A stretch of 64,000 bases of DNA, taken from positions 5,826 through 69,825 of the forward strand of contig DAOKZW010000002.1 in NCBI GenBank assembly GCA_035325445.1. Direction: 5' to 3'. Each line of letters begins with the position of its first letter. The first letter of the stretch is position 1. The DNA is from Flavobacteriales bacterium (GTDB taxonomy: Bacteria > Bacteroidota > Bacteroidia > Flavobacteriales_F > PHOS-HE28). The notes under the pieces are model-generated. The model ran no database searches, was not told where the DNA came from, and was given only the letters and a program-made list of their open reading frames with translations. Of this stretch, positions 19,428 through 30,108 are shown piece by piece. Both the position numbers and the translations under genes were made by a program.

Positions 19428-21251
19428 ATGGCAACAAAAAAAGGCAACAACAACGCGCAGGATGCGCCGCACCAAGTAACCCAGGCCTCCTGGCGCAAGG
19501 CCCTGCGCCTGTTCCGTTACCTGCGGCCACACTGGGGCATCTTTGCGGCAGGCATGTTCTGCCTGCTGGTCACCAGCCTGCTCAGCCTGGCCTTCCCCAT
19601 CCTGCTGGGCAAGTTGGTCAACGCCGAGGCCTCCGTTGGTGGCGGCTTTTGGTCGGCGCCCCTCACAGACCTCACCAACATCGACTCGGTGGCGAAGCTT
19701 CTGGTACTGGTCTTCGCCTTCCAGGCCGCCTTCGGCTTTGCACGCATCTACTTCTTCGGGCTGGTCTCGGAGAATGCCTTGGCCAACCTGCGGCAGGACA
19801 CGTACGCCCATCTGGTGCGCATGCCCATGCTCTTCTTCGCGCAGCACCGGGTGGGCGAGCTCAACAGCCGCATCAGCGCGGACGTGGCACTGCTGCAGGA
19901 AGGCATGACCACCTCGCTGGCGGAAATGCTGCGGCAGGTGCTCACCATCACCATCGGCATCAGCCTGCTCACCATGGTGAGCGTGCAACTGACGCTGACG
20001 ATGCTCGCCACCCTGCCCGTGGTGGCGCTGGTGGCCGTGTTCTTCGGCCGCTGGATCCGCAAGCTCAGCAAGCAGGTGCAGGACCGGATAGCGGATACCA
20101 ACGTGATCGTGGACGAGACGCTGCAAGGGATCCAGAACGTGAAGGCCTTCAGCAACGAAGGCTTTGAGGTGGCCCGCTACCGCAGCAGCGTGCTCAAGGC
20201 CCGCGACCTGGCGCTGAAGGGTGTGCGCTGGCGGGGCGCCTTCGTCTCGTTCATCATCTTCTGCATGTTCGGCGTCATCGTGTTCATCATTTGGCGCGCC
20301 GTGCACCTGATGGCCGAGGGCGTACTGAACATGGGCGACATCACCTCCTTCCTCGCGCTGTCCATCATGATCGGTGCCTCCATCGCCAGCGTGCCCGAAC
20401 TGGTGACCACCATGCTGAAGGCCGTGGGCGCCACCGAGCGCCTGATGGACCTGCAGGAAGGCGAGACCGAACCGCTGTCATTGGAGGAGGCGGGCGCTCC
20501 CCTGCCCGTGCAGGGCGACATCCGCTTCGAACACGTCTCCTTCCACTATGCCACCCGGGCCGACCATCCCGTTCTGCACGACGTCACCTTCCACGCACGG
20601 CCCGGTGAGCGCGTGGCCCTGGTGGGGCCCAGCGGTGCGGGCAAGAGCACCATCGCCTCGCTGGTGCTGCGCTTCTACGACCCCGTGGGCGGGCAGATCC
20701 TCATTGACGGGAAGGATGCGCAGGGCTACGACCTCAGCGCCCTGCGCGGGCGCATGAGCATCGTGCCGCAGGAGGTGCTGCTCTTCGGCGGCACCATCCG
20801 GGAGAACATTGCATACGGAAAACCAGGTGCATCCGCCGCCGATATCGAAGCCGCCGCGCGAAAGGCCAACGCCCACGACTTCATCACCGTCTTCCCCGCA
20901 GGGTACGACACCGTGGTGGGCGAACGGGGCGTGCAGCTCAGCGGTGGCCAACGGCAGCGGATCGCCATCGCACGCGCGGTGCTGAAGGACCCGGCCATCC
21001 TGATCCTGGACGAGGCCACCAGCGCCTTGGACACCGCCAGCGAGCGCGTGGTGCAGGAGGCACTGGACAAACTGATGGAGGGGCGCACCAGCATCGTGAT
21101 CGCCCACCGCCTCAGCACGGTGCGCCGCGCAAACCGCATCCTGGTGCTGGACCAAGGGCGCGTGCTGGAAAGCGGCACCCATGATGAGCTGATCGCCGAT
21201 ACCCAAGGACTGTACTACTCGCTGAGCCGGATGCAGTTGGCCGGGGCCTGA
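19428..21251 (+). CDS. ABC exporter, fused permease/ATPase (MsbA/ABCB-like)
   Basis: Six-TM N-terminal domain. Walker [10 protein letters not shown], signature LSGGQRQR, Walker [13 protein letters not shown]. True start is the Met of MATKKGNN (ATG 19428); the 974-aa track ORF from 18327 is an artefactual N-extension. Confidence 0.85.
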   Translation: MATKKGNNNAQDAPHQVTQASWRKALRLFRYLRPHWGIFAAGMFCLLVTSLLSLAFPILLGKLVNAEASVGGGFWSAPLTDLTNIDSVAKLLVLVFAFQAAFGFARIYFFGLVSENALANLRQDTYAHLVRMPMLFFAQHRVGELNSRISADVALLQEGMTTSLAEMLRQVLTITIGISLLTMVSVQLTLTMLATLPVVALVAVFFGRWIRKLSKQVQDRIADTNVIVDETLQGIQNVKAFSNEGFEVARYRSSVLKARDLALKGVRWRGAFVSFIIFCMFGVIVFIIWRAVHLMAEGVLNMGDITSFLALSIMIGASIASVPELVTTMLKAVGATERLMDLQEGETEPLSLEEAGAPLPVQGDIRFEHVSFHYATRADHPVLHDVTFHARPGERVALVGPSGAGKSTIASLVLRFYDPVGGQILIDGKDAQGYDLSALRGRMSIVPQEVLLFGGTIRENIAYGKPGASAADIEAAARKANAHDFITVFPAGYDTVVGERGVQLSGGQRQRIAIARAVLKDPAILILDEATSALDTASERVVQEALDKLMEGRTSIVIAHRLSTVRRANRILVLDQGRVLESGTHDELIADTQGLYYSLSRMQLAGA

Positions 21252-21301
21252 ACAGGGGTTTTCGTGTTCCGCGGATACCCATCCCGAACTACCTTGCTCC
21301 C

Positions 21302-21826
21302 ATGCAGCGGTACACTTTCCTCTTCCTTGCGGCCTTGCTCCTCCCCCACCTGGCCCATGGGCAGTCCGACCTGCCACCAGCGGCACCGGGGGTGGACCTG
21401 TACCTGTATGGCACGATCAAGAGCTATGAAACCCGGGACTCGCTGCCGGGTGCATCCGTCCGCCTGCTGGAGCAGCCTGCCGGGCAGGAGCTGTTGCACC
21501 TGGTGGCGAACGAGCGTGGGCGATATGAACTGGAGCTGAACCGGAGCGGCCTGTTCCGCCTGGCATTCAGCGATGAGGGCCGGGTGGCCAAAATGGTGGA
21601 GATCGACCTCCGTGACGTCCCCGATTCCCTTTGGGCCGGGGGTGTGGCCATGAACATTGAGATGACCCTGTTCGAGACCCTCCCCGGGGTGGACTACTCC
21701 ATCCTGGCTGAGCCCATGGGCAGGGCCCGTTACAACGCCGAGCTGGACAACATCGCCTGGGACCTGGAGTACACGGAAGGGATACGCCAACAGCTCAAGG
21801 CCCTCCAGGAAGCCCACAGCCGGTGA
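21302..21826 (+). CDS. secreted hypothetical protein
   Basis: Signal peptide MQRYTFLFLAALLLPHLAHG. No recognisable catalytic motif. Confidence 0.5.
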   Translation: MQRYTFLFLAALLLPHLAHGQSDLPPAAPGVDLYLYGTIKSYETRDSLPGASVRLLEQPAGQELLHLVANERGRYELELNRSGLFRLAFSDEGRVAKMVEIDLRDVPDSLWAGGVAMNIEMTLFETLPGVDYSILAEPMGRARYNAELDNIAWDLEYTEGIRQQLKALQEAHSR

Positions 21827-21911
21827 CCCGCATACCGGTGCGGTAGAGGTTCACCCGGGGATGCGCCGCCGGTCCTGCCTGCCCAGGGATGAAAGGGTAT
21901 CGGCGCGCCGC

Positions 21912-23663
21912 TCACTGCACCACCAAGGTACACGCAGCCAAGGGCAGGCCATCACGCACGGCCCGCACGAGGTAAGTGCCGGGCCGGACACCATTGAGGT
22001 CGAGCACGGTCCAAGCATCCGACGCGGGTGTTGAGGATACCAATTGCCCCATGGCATTGAACAGGTCAAGGCGGATGCCGGCCCCGGCGGAATTCAATTC
22101 CACCGTAACCCTGTCCATGGCGGGGTTGGGATACAGTTGCACCGCCGTGGGCACCTCACCGCCCACGCCAACCGTGCCGCAGGCCAGGATCATCATGTTG
22201 TCCATGGCCAACAGGCGTGCATCCAGCCATTGTTCCATATAGTCCAGTTGTGCGGGATCATGGTGGTAGCCGGACCAGGCCATTTCCTCCCGCTCATACA
22301 CCCCCGACGCGGCCAATTCTGCATGCCGGTCCTGGAACCGCTGGAGGATGCCGGCCGTGGAGAGTTCGTTCTGCCGCAGCTGCCACCACCGATCGCAAAC
22401 GGCCCACCGGAATGAATTGCCTTCAGGCCCGTCGAGCCACCGATCGTACAACCCATTGCTAAGGACCCACTGCGACCCATCATCCGGCGACCCGTCCCAA
22501 TTGATGCCCAGGATGCCATCCAGGTCCCAAGGGACGTAGAAGAATGGCTCATGCTCCTTGTAGCGGGCCACATAGAGGTTCTTCCCCGTATTGTCCGCCG
22601 CTTTCAGGGCATTCATGAAGATGTAGTAGTCGACGGCATTCCCGCGGTGGAAGCGCTGGTCCACTTGGGCATGGAAATCAGCCACGGACGCTTCCGCAAC
22701 GAAGTGGGCAAATTCCGATAGCGTTTCCCAATCGGGCACATCATCCGGGTAAATGGCCTTGAAGCCTGCCCAGGTGGGCTGACCCGCCACGTATGGCGGG
22801 GGCACCACATCAAAGGTGGTGACGCCGCTCCAAGACTCCCCCTTGTACACCAGCCCGCGATATTGGCTTGTCGTCTTCTTCACCTTCAGCTGCTTGCGAT
22901 CCACCCGTTCGCCCACGGCGTAAAGGCCGCGGTAGGTGCCATTGACGGCCAGTTCCACAAAGGCATGCCGCACGCCGCCCATCGCCTCCGGCTCCAGGAA
23001 TGCGTAGTAGGGCTGGTGGATGTCCATCCACAGTTCCTGCCCGATCACCGAGCGCAGGCGCAACGGCTCAATGGAAAAGGCCTGCAGGTTCCAATCATCA
23101 TCGGAACGCATGCCCAGCAACGCCACATCCCGGGTGACGGTCTGGTCGCTGTCCTCCCTGAACTCGATGCGGTAGGGCTTCTTGGGAAGGGTTTGCGCGT
23201 AGGCGCCGCGGTATTCTATGCCGATGCTGTACTGGTCGATCACTTGACCGGGTGACCAGAGGCTGAACCGGCCGGGCACCTTGGGCTCGTCCACAATGGT
23301 CTGCTCCGTGGTGATCTGCACCAGCGGCAGGTTGGTGAAATAGACGGCCACCCCATTTCCGGCGGTATCCACGGCCTCATACCGCTGGCCCGTTGCAATG
23401 GCCGGCACCGGCGCATCGAATTGGAAAAAAGCACCTGCCCTTACGCCCTCCTTCATCCCTGGCCATTGGGCCTGCACCTCATCACCGGTCATGGCCACCA
23501 CCACCAGGCCGAGGCCGGGATCATGGATGTACCGCCCGGTGGCAACGGCCACCGTATCGCCTGCGGCAACCATGCCGGGCAGGCCGGCCCATACCGCCAG
23601 CAACAACGCCCCCTGCATGCCGATCCTTCCCGGCATCAGCCGGCCATACCATTGGTTGCTCAT
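21912..23663 (-). CDS. CotH kinase-family protein with T9SS C-terminal sorting domain
   Basis: CotH-like core (DDDWNLQA, YRGLYAVGE, YYIFMNALKAADNTGKNLYV, VPWDLDGILG). C-terminal ~80 aa (VQLYPNPAMDRVTVELN ... GTYLVRAV) is a Por/T9SS sorting tail. N-terminal signal peptide. Confidence 0.7.
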   Translation of the reverse strand: MSNQWYGRLMPGRIGMQGALLLAVWAGLPGMVAAGDTVAVATGRYIHDPGLGLVVVAMTGDEVQAQWPGMKEGVRAGAFFQFDAPVPAIATGQRYEAVDTAGNGVAVYFTNLPLVQITTEQTIVDEPKVPGRFSLWSPGQVIDQYSIGIEYRGAYAQTLPKKPYRIEFREDSDQTVTRDVALLGMRSDDDWNLQAFSIEPLRLRSVIGQELWMDIHQPYYAFLEPEAMGGVRHAFVELAVNGTYRGLYAVGERVDRKQLKVKKTTSQYRGLVYKGESWSGVTTFDVVPPPYVAGQPTWAGFKAIYPDDVPDWETLSEFAHFVAEASVADFHAQVDQRFHRGNAVDYYIFMNALKAADNTGKNLYVARYKEHEPFFYVPWDLDGILGINWDGSPDDGSQWVLSNGLYDRWLDGPEGNSFRWAVCDRWWQLRQNELSTAGILQRFQDRHAELAASGVYEREEMAWSGYHHDPAQLDYMEQWLDARLLAMDNMMILACGTVGVGGEVPTAVQLYPNPAMDRVTVELNSAGAGIRLDLFNAMGQLVSSTPASDAWTVLDLNGVRPGTYLVRAVRDGLPLAACTLVVQ

Positions 23664-24274
23664 AGTTCCACGTCCACCACTTTCTTGGTCTCAAAGAACG
23701 GCTCTTGGAAGAAGTCGCGGAGCTCTACCACCCGCACGGGCCTTCGCAAGGGCCTCAACTCATCGATGAGGTCCCCGCCCTTCAGGTAGAGCAACCGCCC
23801 CCGGCCCTTGTGTACCAGGTGCTTGGTGGCTTGGATGAACTCGGGCAGGGTGGTGACCGCCCGGCTGACGATGAAGTCGTACTTCGCCTTGTGGTCCTGG
23901 CTCCGCACCTGTTCCGCGCTGGCGTTCGCCAGGCCAAGCCCATCGATCACGCCCTGCACGGCGGCGATCTTCTTTCCGATGCCATCGATGCAGTGGAAGC
24001 TGCTTTCCGGGAACATGATCGCCAGGGGGACACCCGGAAATCCACCACCGGTGCCCACATCGATGATGCGCGACCCCGGGGCGAAGCGGTGCACCTTGGC
24101 GATGCCCAACGAATGCAGGATGTGCCGCTCGTACAAGTATTCGAAATCCTTCCGGGAAACGAGGTTCACGCGTTCGTTCCACTGCGCATAGAGGCCTCCC
24201 AGGCGCGCAAACCGTGCCCGCTGCCCGTCGGTCAGCTCGGGGAAATAATGGGGGACCAGGCCAGCGCCCTGCAT
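23660..24274 (-). CDS. rsmG: 16S rRNA (guanine527-N7)-methyltransferase
   Basis: GidB/RsmG motifs IIDVGTGGGFPGVPLAI and YDFIVSRAV. Confidence 0.85.
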   Translation of the reverse strand: MQGAGLVPHYFPELTDGQRARFARLGGLYAQWNERVNLVSRKDFEYLYERHILHSLGIAKVHRFAPGSRIIDVGTGGGFPGVPLAIMFPESSFHCIDGIGKKIAAVQGVIDGLGLANASAEQVRSQDHKAKYDFIVSRAVTTLPEFIQATKHLVHKGRGRLLYLKGGDLIDELRPLRRPVRVVELRDFFQEPFFETKKVVDVEL

Positions 24275-24321
24275 ATCGCGTTACGTTCTTCCCGGCCTCG
24301 TGCGCCGATGGGTGCCGCGCC

Positions 24322-24933
24322 TCAAATGGTATCCTTGCGGGTATCCAGCAGGTTCTCGAGGAACTCGCGGGCACGGAACAACTGCGCCTTCACCGTGCCC
24401 AAGGGCAGGTCCAGTTCATCGGCGATCTCCTCGTAGCTGTACTCCTTGTAGTAGCGCAACTCCACCAAGGTGCGGTAGCGCGGCTTGAGCTTCTCCACCA
24501 CTTCCCGCATCACCTCGCTCTTCTGCTCCTTGATCACCACCTCCACCGGGTCAAGCCCGTGGCCCTTGAGCTCGATGTGCATCTCATCGCCGTCCTGCGT
24601 GCCGATGGGATTGTCGATGCTCAGCATCTTCTTCTTCTTCTCCTTGCGGATCCAGTCGATGCAGTTGTTGGACGCGATCTTGAACAGCCACGTGCTGAAC
24701 GCATAGTTGGGCGTGTACTGGTGCAGCCGATTGAAGGCCTTTCCGAAGGCCTCGATGGTGAGGTCATCCGCGTCGTCCTTGTTATTGATCATCTTCAACA
24801 ACATGAAGTAGATCGAATCGCGGTAGCGTGACATCAGTTCGGCATAGGCCTTCTGGTCCTTCGCTTCCACGGCGCGGCGCACGAGCTCCAGGTCGTACAC
24901 GGCCTTGTCCGAGAGGTTCGGGCTTACTTCCAT
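24322..24933 (-). CDS. ECF RNA polymerase sigma factor (Bacteroidota SigW/SigE-like)
   Basis: Region 2 (DDLTIEAFGKAFNRLHQY ... FSTWLFKIASNNCIDWIRK) and region 4 (TLVELRYYKEYSYEEIADELDLPLGTVKAQLFRARE). Start set at the Met of MEVSPNL (CAT 24931-24933). Confidence 0.85.
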   Translation of the reverse strand: MEVSPNLSDKAVYDLELVRRAVEAKDQKAYAELMSRYRDSIYFMLLKMINNKDDADDLTIEAFGKAFNRLHQYTPNYAFSTWLFKIASNNCIDWIRKEKKKKMLSIDNPIGTQDGDEMHIELKGHGLDPVEVVIKEQKSEVMREVVEKLKPRYRTLVELRYYKEYSYEEIADELDLPLGTVKAQLFRAREFLENLLDTRKDTI

Positions 24934-26168
24934 CGTTGGGGTTTGATGATGAGGGTACTGATGTAAATGCAGGGATCCAAAAGTAGGAACAGCCATTCCA
25001 AGGGCAGCGCGAGCCAGATGATGCCGCGCGCACCCAGCCTACGCATGGCCATCATGCCGATGGGCATGAAGACCAGGAGTTCCACGGCCAGGCCGATCAG
25101 TGCCATCTGGTAATGGCCGTTCAGGGCGAGGTACAGCACGGTGGCCCAGAGCATGAGCCTGGCGGTGGGCAACAGGGTGAGCAGCAGTTGGTGGCCGAAG
25201 CGGTAGAAGCGCGCCGTGGTGTAGTGGCGCCGTTTGCGCCGCAGCCAGGTGGCCATGTCGGGCGTGGCCCGGGTGACCATGTACGCCGCGCCGTCAGCGA
25301 TGGCCGCAGTATTCTTGGCCCGCGCCACCTCGTTGATGAACAGGTCATCGTCGCCGCTCATCAATTGGCGTTGCTGCCGGCCGCCCTTGGCGCTGAAGAA
25401 CAGGTCGCTCGTGAAGGCCATGTTGCGCCCAACCCCCATGTACGGGAAGCCCGCCTGTGCGAAGCTGATGTACTGCACCGCCTTGGTGAACCCGTCGTAG
25501 CGCTCCAGCAGGTTGGTCAGGCCCGGGCGTTGTTCGTACGGGCTATGCCCGATAACGATCTGGCGGCCGTCCTTGAACCCTGCTGCCATGCGGCTGATCC
25601 AATCGCGGCTGGTGGGCTCGCAATCCGCATCGGCCACCAGCACATGCGGGTATTTCGCGCTGCGCACCCCCACCCCGAGGGCGATCTTCTTGCCATAGCT
25701 GAACTTCTCGTCGGCCTGTATGTTCACCGGTTTCAGGCGTGGGTAGTTCGGCTTCATCCACTGCAACACCTCCCAGCTGTCGTCGTCGCTCCGGTCGTTC
25801 ACCACCACCAGCTCAAACTCGTGGTGGTCCTGTTCCATCAGGACCGGGATCAAGCGCTGGAGCGCGATGCTTTCGTTCCGGGCGCAGATCACCACGCTCA
25901 CCGGCAGTTCCCGGTCGGGTTGCACCTCCTGCTTCCTGAACGCCAGGCGGCTGAAGATGACCAAATGAAAAAAGGCCAGGACCAGCAAGGCCGCGACCAT
26001 CAGATAAAATACGTACGTGGCGATCAAATCAGGGCGCACCCGGGGTGCGATATGGTACGGTGCGAAGCTATCCGGGCCGCGCCGGGGCGGAAAGGGGCCG
26101 GCGGTCCAGTTATGAACAACGGCAAAGTGGATGCGGAGGCCCCGTTCATCGCGATCTTCGCGCCCCAA
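24924..26168 (-). CDS. family 2 glycosyltransferase (membrane-anchored)
   Basis: GT2 signature VSVVICARNESIALQRLIPVL ... VVVNDRSDDDS and a DxD-type region. N-terminal TM segment. Start may be a downstream Met (MVAALLV). Confidence 0.75.
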   Translation of the reverse strand: MGREDRDERGLRIHFAVVHNWTAGPFPPRRGPDSFAPYHIAPRVRPDLIATYVFYLMVAALLVLAFFHLVIFSRLAFRKQEVQPDRELPVSVVICARNESIALQRLIPVLMEQDHHEFELVVVNDRSDDDSWEVLQWMKPNYPRLKPVNIQADEKFSYGKKIALGVGVRSAKYPHVLVADADCEPTSRDWISRMAAGFKDGRQIVIGHSPYEQRPGLTNLLERYDGFTKAVQYISFAQAGFPYMGVGRNMAFTSDLFFSAKGGRQQRQLMSGDDDLFINEVARAKNTAAIADGAAYMVTRATPDMATWLRRKRRHYTTARFYRFGHQLLLTLLPTARLMLWATVLYLALNGHYQMALIGLAVELLVFMPIGMMAMRRLGARGIIWLALPLEWLFLLLDPCIYISTLIIKPQRWK

Positions 26169-27304
26169 TGGAATTCAAGTTATTGACCACCGACCCCCGC
26201 AGCAAGGCCCGGGCCGGCGAACTGCATACCGGGCACGGCGTGGTGCCCACGCCCATCTTCATGCCCGTGGGCACCCTCGGCGGCGTGAAGGCCGTGCACA
26301 TGCGCGAACTGCGCGAAGACGTGAAGGCCTCCATCATACTGGGCAACACCTACCACCTGTACCTGCGGCCGGGCACCGAGGTGATCGAACATGCGGGGGG
26401 GCTCCACAAATTCAACGGCTGGGATGGCCCCATCCTCACCGACAGCGGGGGATTCCAGGTCCATTCCCTCAGCGAAATGCGCAAGATCACCGAGGAGGGC
26501 GTGCGGTTCAGCAGCCATATCGACGGCAGCAAGCACCTCTTCACACCCGAGGGCGTGATGGACATCCAACGCACCATCGGGGCCGATATCATGATGGCCT
26601 TCGATGAATGCACCCCGTGGCCCTGCGACCTGAAGTACGCCACCGACAGCATGCACCTCACCCACCGCTGGCTGGACCGCTGCATGGACCGCTTCAACGG
26701 CACAGAGCCCAAGTATGGCTACGAACAGGCCCTGTTCCCCATCGTGCAGGGAAGCACCTTCCCCGAATTGCGCAAGGCCAGCGCCGAGTACGTGGCCCGC
26801 AAGGAGGCCTACGGCAACGCCATCGGCGGGCTGAGCGTGGGGGAGCCCGAGGAAGAGATGTACGCCATGGCCGAGCTGTGCTGCGACATCCTGCCCAAGG
26901 AACGGCCCCGATACCTGATGGGCGTGGGCACACCGTGGAACCTGCTGGAGAACATGGCCCTGGGCGTGGACATGTTCGACTGCGTGATGCCCACACGCAA
27001 CGGACGCAACGGCATGCTCTTCACCCGCGAGGGCGTGGTGCAGATCAAGAACAAAGCGTGGGCGGACGACCATTCCCCGCTGGACCCGAACGGCACCAGC
27101 TTCGTGGACAGCGCGTACACCAAGGCCTTCGTGCGGCACCTCTTCGTCACCAACGAACTGCTGGGCCTGCAGATCGCCAGCCTGCACAACTTGGCCTTCT
27201 ACGTGGCGCTGATGACCGAGGCACGGGCGAAGATCCTCGACGGGACGTTCTCCGATTGGAAAGCGATGATGCTGCCCAAGCTGAAGAACCGGATCACTGG
27301 ATAA
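26168..27304 (+). CDS. tgt: queuine tRNA-ribosyltransferase
   Basis: MEFKLLTTDPRSKARAGELHTGHGVVPTPIFMPVGT ... LTDSGGFQV. The zinc-binding C-terminal region was not checked. ATG at 26168; track ORF 26045 is an over-extension. Confidence 0.9.
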   Translation: MEFKLLTTDPRSKARAGELHTGHGVVPTPIFMPVGTLGGVKAVHMRELREDVKASIILGNTYHLYLRPGTEVIEHAGGLHKFNGWDGPILTDSGGFQVHSLSEMRKITEEGVRFSSHIDGSKHLFTPEGVMDIQRTIGADIMMAFDECTPWPCDLKYATDSMHLTHRWLDRCMDRFNGTEPKYGYEQALFPIVQGSTFPELRKASAEYVARKEAYGNAIGGLSVGEPEEEMYAMAELCCDILPKERPRYLMGVGTPWNLLENMALGVDMFDCVMPTRNGRNGMLFTREGVVQIKNKAWADDHSPLDPNGTSFVDSAYTKAFVRHLFVTNELLGLQIASLHNLAFYVALMTEARAKILDGTFSDWKAMMLPKLKNRITG

Positions 27305-27345
27305 AGTAGCTTCGGGCCGCGAGCTTCGAGCCCACACCATCGGCC

Positions 27346-28497
27346 ATGTTCAAAACCCTCGACCGCTACATCATCCGCCAGTTCCTGGGGACCTTCTTCC
27401 TCATCCTGGTGCTGATCATGAGCATCGCGGTGGTGTTCGACATCAGCGAGAAGACGGAGGACTTCACCAAGGCGTCGGCCACCTTTTCGGAGATCGTGTT
27501 CGACTACTACGTGAACTTCATCCTCTACTACAGCAACCTCTTCAGCGGCCTGCTGATCTTTATCGCGGTGCTGCTGTTCACCAGCCGCATGGCGGGGCGC
27601 AGCGAGGTGATCGCCGCCCTCAGCAACGGGGTCAGCTTCCCGCGCTTCGTCAGGCCTTTCTTCGTCACCGCCACCATCCTCACCGCGCTGTCCCTGTACG
27701 TGAACGTCTTCCTGCTCCCCCACGCCAACCGCACCCGGGTCGCCTTTGAGAAGGCGCATATCTGGAGCACCTACAAGCTGGAAGAGAACAATGTGCTGCG
27801 TGAAATAGCACCGGGCGAGATCGTCTACTTCGAGGCCGTGGACGTGCCCAAGCTCACCGGCTACCGTTTCAGCCTGGAGAAATGGCAGGACGGCCAACTC
27901 CGCAAGAAACTCTTGAGCGACCGCGCCGTGTATGACACGCTCACGGGTATCTGGACGGTGTACGACTACATGGTGCGGGAGATACCGGAAGACCCGGGAC
28001 CGATGGGCCTGGACCGGCCCACGGGGGCGGTGGTGGGCGGCGATGGCCACCGGGAACGGGCCGTCGCCGAACGGATCCAACGCGGCGCGGTGCTGGACAC
28101 GGTGATCCCGCTAAAAATGTCGGACCTGGGGCAACGGCTGGACAACGCCGCGGCCATGGACCGCAAGGAGATCGCTGAGTTCATTGCCAAGGAACGGGCG
28201 CGGGGCGGCAGCAAGATGGCGCACTATGAGGTGGAGCAGAAGCAGCGCACCTCCTATCCGTTCGCCACGTACGTCTTCACGCTGATGGGCGTGGGCATCG
28301 CCAGCCGCAAGGTGCGCGGCGGCACCGGCGTACACCTGGTGCTGGGCGTGCTGCTCACCCTCCTGTATGTCTTCGCCATGAAGATGACCACCGTGGCGGC
28401 CACCAACTCCGCCTTCAACACCACCTTGGCCGTGTGGCTGCCCAACATCGTGTTCGGCATCATCGGCCTGTGGATTTACTGGAAGGCCCCGAAGTAG
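27346..28497 (+). CDS. LptF/LptG family permease (YjgP/YjgQ)
   Basis: N-terminus MFKTLDRYIIRQFLGTFFLILVLIMSIAVVFD typical of LptF/G, periplasmic beta-jellyroll insert, C-terminal TM helices. Confidence 0.8.
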   Translation: MFKTLDRYIIRQFLGTFFLILVLIMSIAVVFDISEKTEDFTKASATFSEIVFDYYVNFILYYSNLFSGLLIFIAVLLFTSRMAGRSEVIAALSNGVSFPRFVRPFFVTATILTALSLYVNVFLLPHANRTRVAFEKAHIWSTYKLEENNVLREIAPGEIVYFEAVDVPKLTGYRFSLEKWQDGQLRKKLLSDRAVYDTLTGIWTVYDYMVREIPEDPGPMGLDRPTGAVVGGDGHRERAVAERIQRGAVLDTVIPLKMSDLGQRLDNAAAMDRKEIAEFIAKERARGGSKMAHYEVEQKQRTSYPFATYVFTLMGVGIASRKVRGGTGVHLVLGVLLTLLYVFAMKMTTVAATNSAFNTTLAVWLPNIVFGIIGLWIYWKAPK

Positions 28498-28503
28498 GAC
28501 CGC

Positions 28504-29421
28504 CTACCAAGCGAATTTCGCGCCCAAGGCGCGCAGATCGGCCTCTATGCCGCCGGTACGCACCGGCTGAATGCCGGCCAGGCGCGCATCACGGCCCACC
28601 GCCAAGCTCTGCAGTTCCAGGTGTTGGTCCACGAACAGCAGCTCCATGTCCGGGTACGGGCCGCGCAGCGCCTCCACCAGTTCCACCACGGAGTGGTCCT
28701 CCTCCACCAGGTCGAAGGTGCCCACCAGCTGGTTGGGCGGCAGCAATGCCGCCAAGGTGGCCACCACGGCATCCACATGGATGAAGGGCCGCCGCTGGTT
28801 GCCCGTGCCGCGGACGGTGATCCTCCCTTGGAAGTGGGCCTGGAAGGCAAAGCGGTTGATCACCGCATCGAAGCGCATGCAACGCCCGTAGCCATGCACG
28901 TTGCCGGAACGCAGGATGCACACCGGTTGGTTGTCGCCCAGGCGCTCCATGTGCGCCTCACCCCGTAACTTGGCGTGGCCGTATGCCGATCGCGGCGACG
29001 GCTTCTCCGCCGAAAGCGCCGAGCCCGTGGCCTGTCCGTACACCGAGGCGCTGCTCAGGTACACCACCCGCGCCTCGGGGGCCACCTCCTCGATGGCATA
29101 CACCACCTCGGCCGTGCCCCAGTGGTTCACCTGTTCAAACTGGCTGTGGCCCGCCTCGGAAAACGGCGTGGTGACCTTCGCCGCCAGATGGTAGATCATG
29201 TCGGCGCCGGCCAATTCCTGCAGCAGGCGCCGCGAATCCAGCACATCGCCCTGCACCAGGCGCACCTTGGCGGTGCCGAGCCGGGGGCCCATGAAGACGC
29301 CGAAATGCCCGCGCTCCAACGAGTCGTAGACCACCAGCTCGTCCACGCGCGGATCGTTCGCCAGCACGGCGCACAGCTCGGCCCCAATGTATCCGGCTCC
29401 TCCGGTCACCACCACTTTCAT
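28504..29421 (-). CDS. NAD-dependent epimerase/dehydratase
   Basis: Rossmann motif VVTGGAGYIGAELC. SDR-extended fold with YxxxK. Confidence 0.8.
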   Translation of the reverse strand: MKVVVTGGAGYIGAELCAVLANDPRVDELVVYDSLERGHFGVFMGPRLGTAKVRLVQGDVLDSRRLLQELAGADMIYHLAAKVTTPFSEAGHSQFEQVNHWGTAEVVYAIEEVAPEARVVYLSSASVYGQATGSALSAEKPSPRSAYGHAKLRGEAHMERLGDNQPVCILRSGNVHGYGRCMRFDAVINRFAFQAHFQGRITVRGTGNQRRPFIHVDAVVATLAALLPPNQLVGTFDLVEEDHSVVELVEALRGPYPDMELLFVDQHLELQSLAVGRDARLAGIQPVRTGGIEADLRALGAKFAW

Positions 29422-30092
29422 TGCTTCCCTTTGTTATCGACCACCAGGTCCGTGTTTAACCCGCACTCCGTCTTCTTCAGCCCGTACCAGCGGCTGGTGC
29501 GTTCATCATAGCCCTCCATGGCCTTCCGCGTGTACGGCATGTCGCCGATGCTCAGGTAACCCTCGGCCTCCAATGGGTGGGGCGGCAGGTTGTGTTCCTT
29601 GATGTAGGCGTGGATCATGCGCGCATTCCAATCCAACATGGGGTGGTAGCGCAGGCATCCGTGCGCAGCGGGCTGCTCCACGCCCATCGCCCGGCGAGCG
29701 TCGCTCTGGTCGGCCCGCACACCGTTGATCCACACATCATATTCCGCCAGCACCAGCTCCATGGGCTGCACCTTGTTCAGGTACGAATCGCGGTCGGGGT
29801 CCCAGCTGTACATCAGCTCGCCATGGGCATTGAGCTGCTGGCTCTTGGACACCAAGGGCCGAAGCTGCACGAATTTCAGGCCCAGCAGCTTCTTCAGCGT
29901 ATCGCGGAAGCGCAACGTCTCGGGGAACAGGTACCCGGTGTTCACGTAGTACACGGGGATCGTCGGATCGATCCGCATCAACATGTGCAACATGGGCACG
30001 CTGTGGCCTTGGAAGCTGGTGGACGCGAAGATCTTCTTGCCCTCGGCCTGGAAGGCGTGCACCCGGTCCCGGAATTGCTCGAAGGTGGGCAT
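29418..30092 (-). CDS. PAPS reductase/CysH-like family protein
   Basis: PP-loop-like region SFQGHSVPMLHMLMRIDPTIPVYYVNTGYLFPET typical of the phosphoadenosine phosphosulfate reductase family. Confidence 0.7.
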   Translation of the reverse strand: MPTFEQFRDRVHAFQAEGKKIFASTSFQGHSVPMLHMLMRIDPTIPVYYVNTGYLFPETLRFRDTLKKLLGLKFVQLRPLVSKSQQLNAHGELMYSWDPDRDSYLNKVQPMELVLAEYDVWINGVRADQSDARRAMGVEQPAAHGCLRYHPMLDWNARMIHAYIKEHNLPPHPLEAEGYLSIGDMPYTRKAMEGYDERTSRWYGLKKTECGLNTDLVVDNKGKQ

Positions 30093-30108
30093 GGGCGCAA
30101 AGGTGGCG

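Noticed and set aside
26166-26170. Divergent genes whose annotated start codons overlap (GT2/tgt here; NUDIX/pyrE at 18225-18228)
   Set aside because: Most likely the minus-strand genes use a downstream Met. This is a consequence of longest-ORF calling rather than a biological signal.
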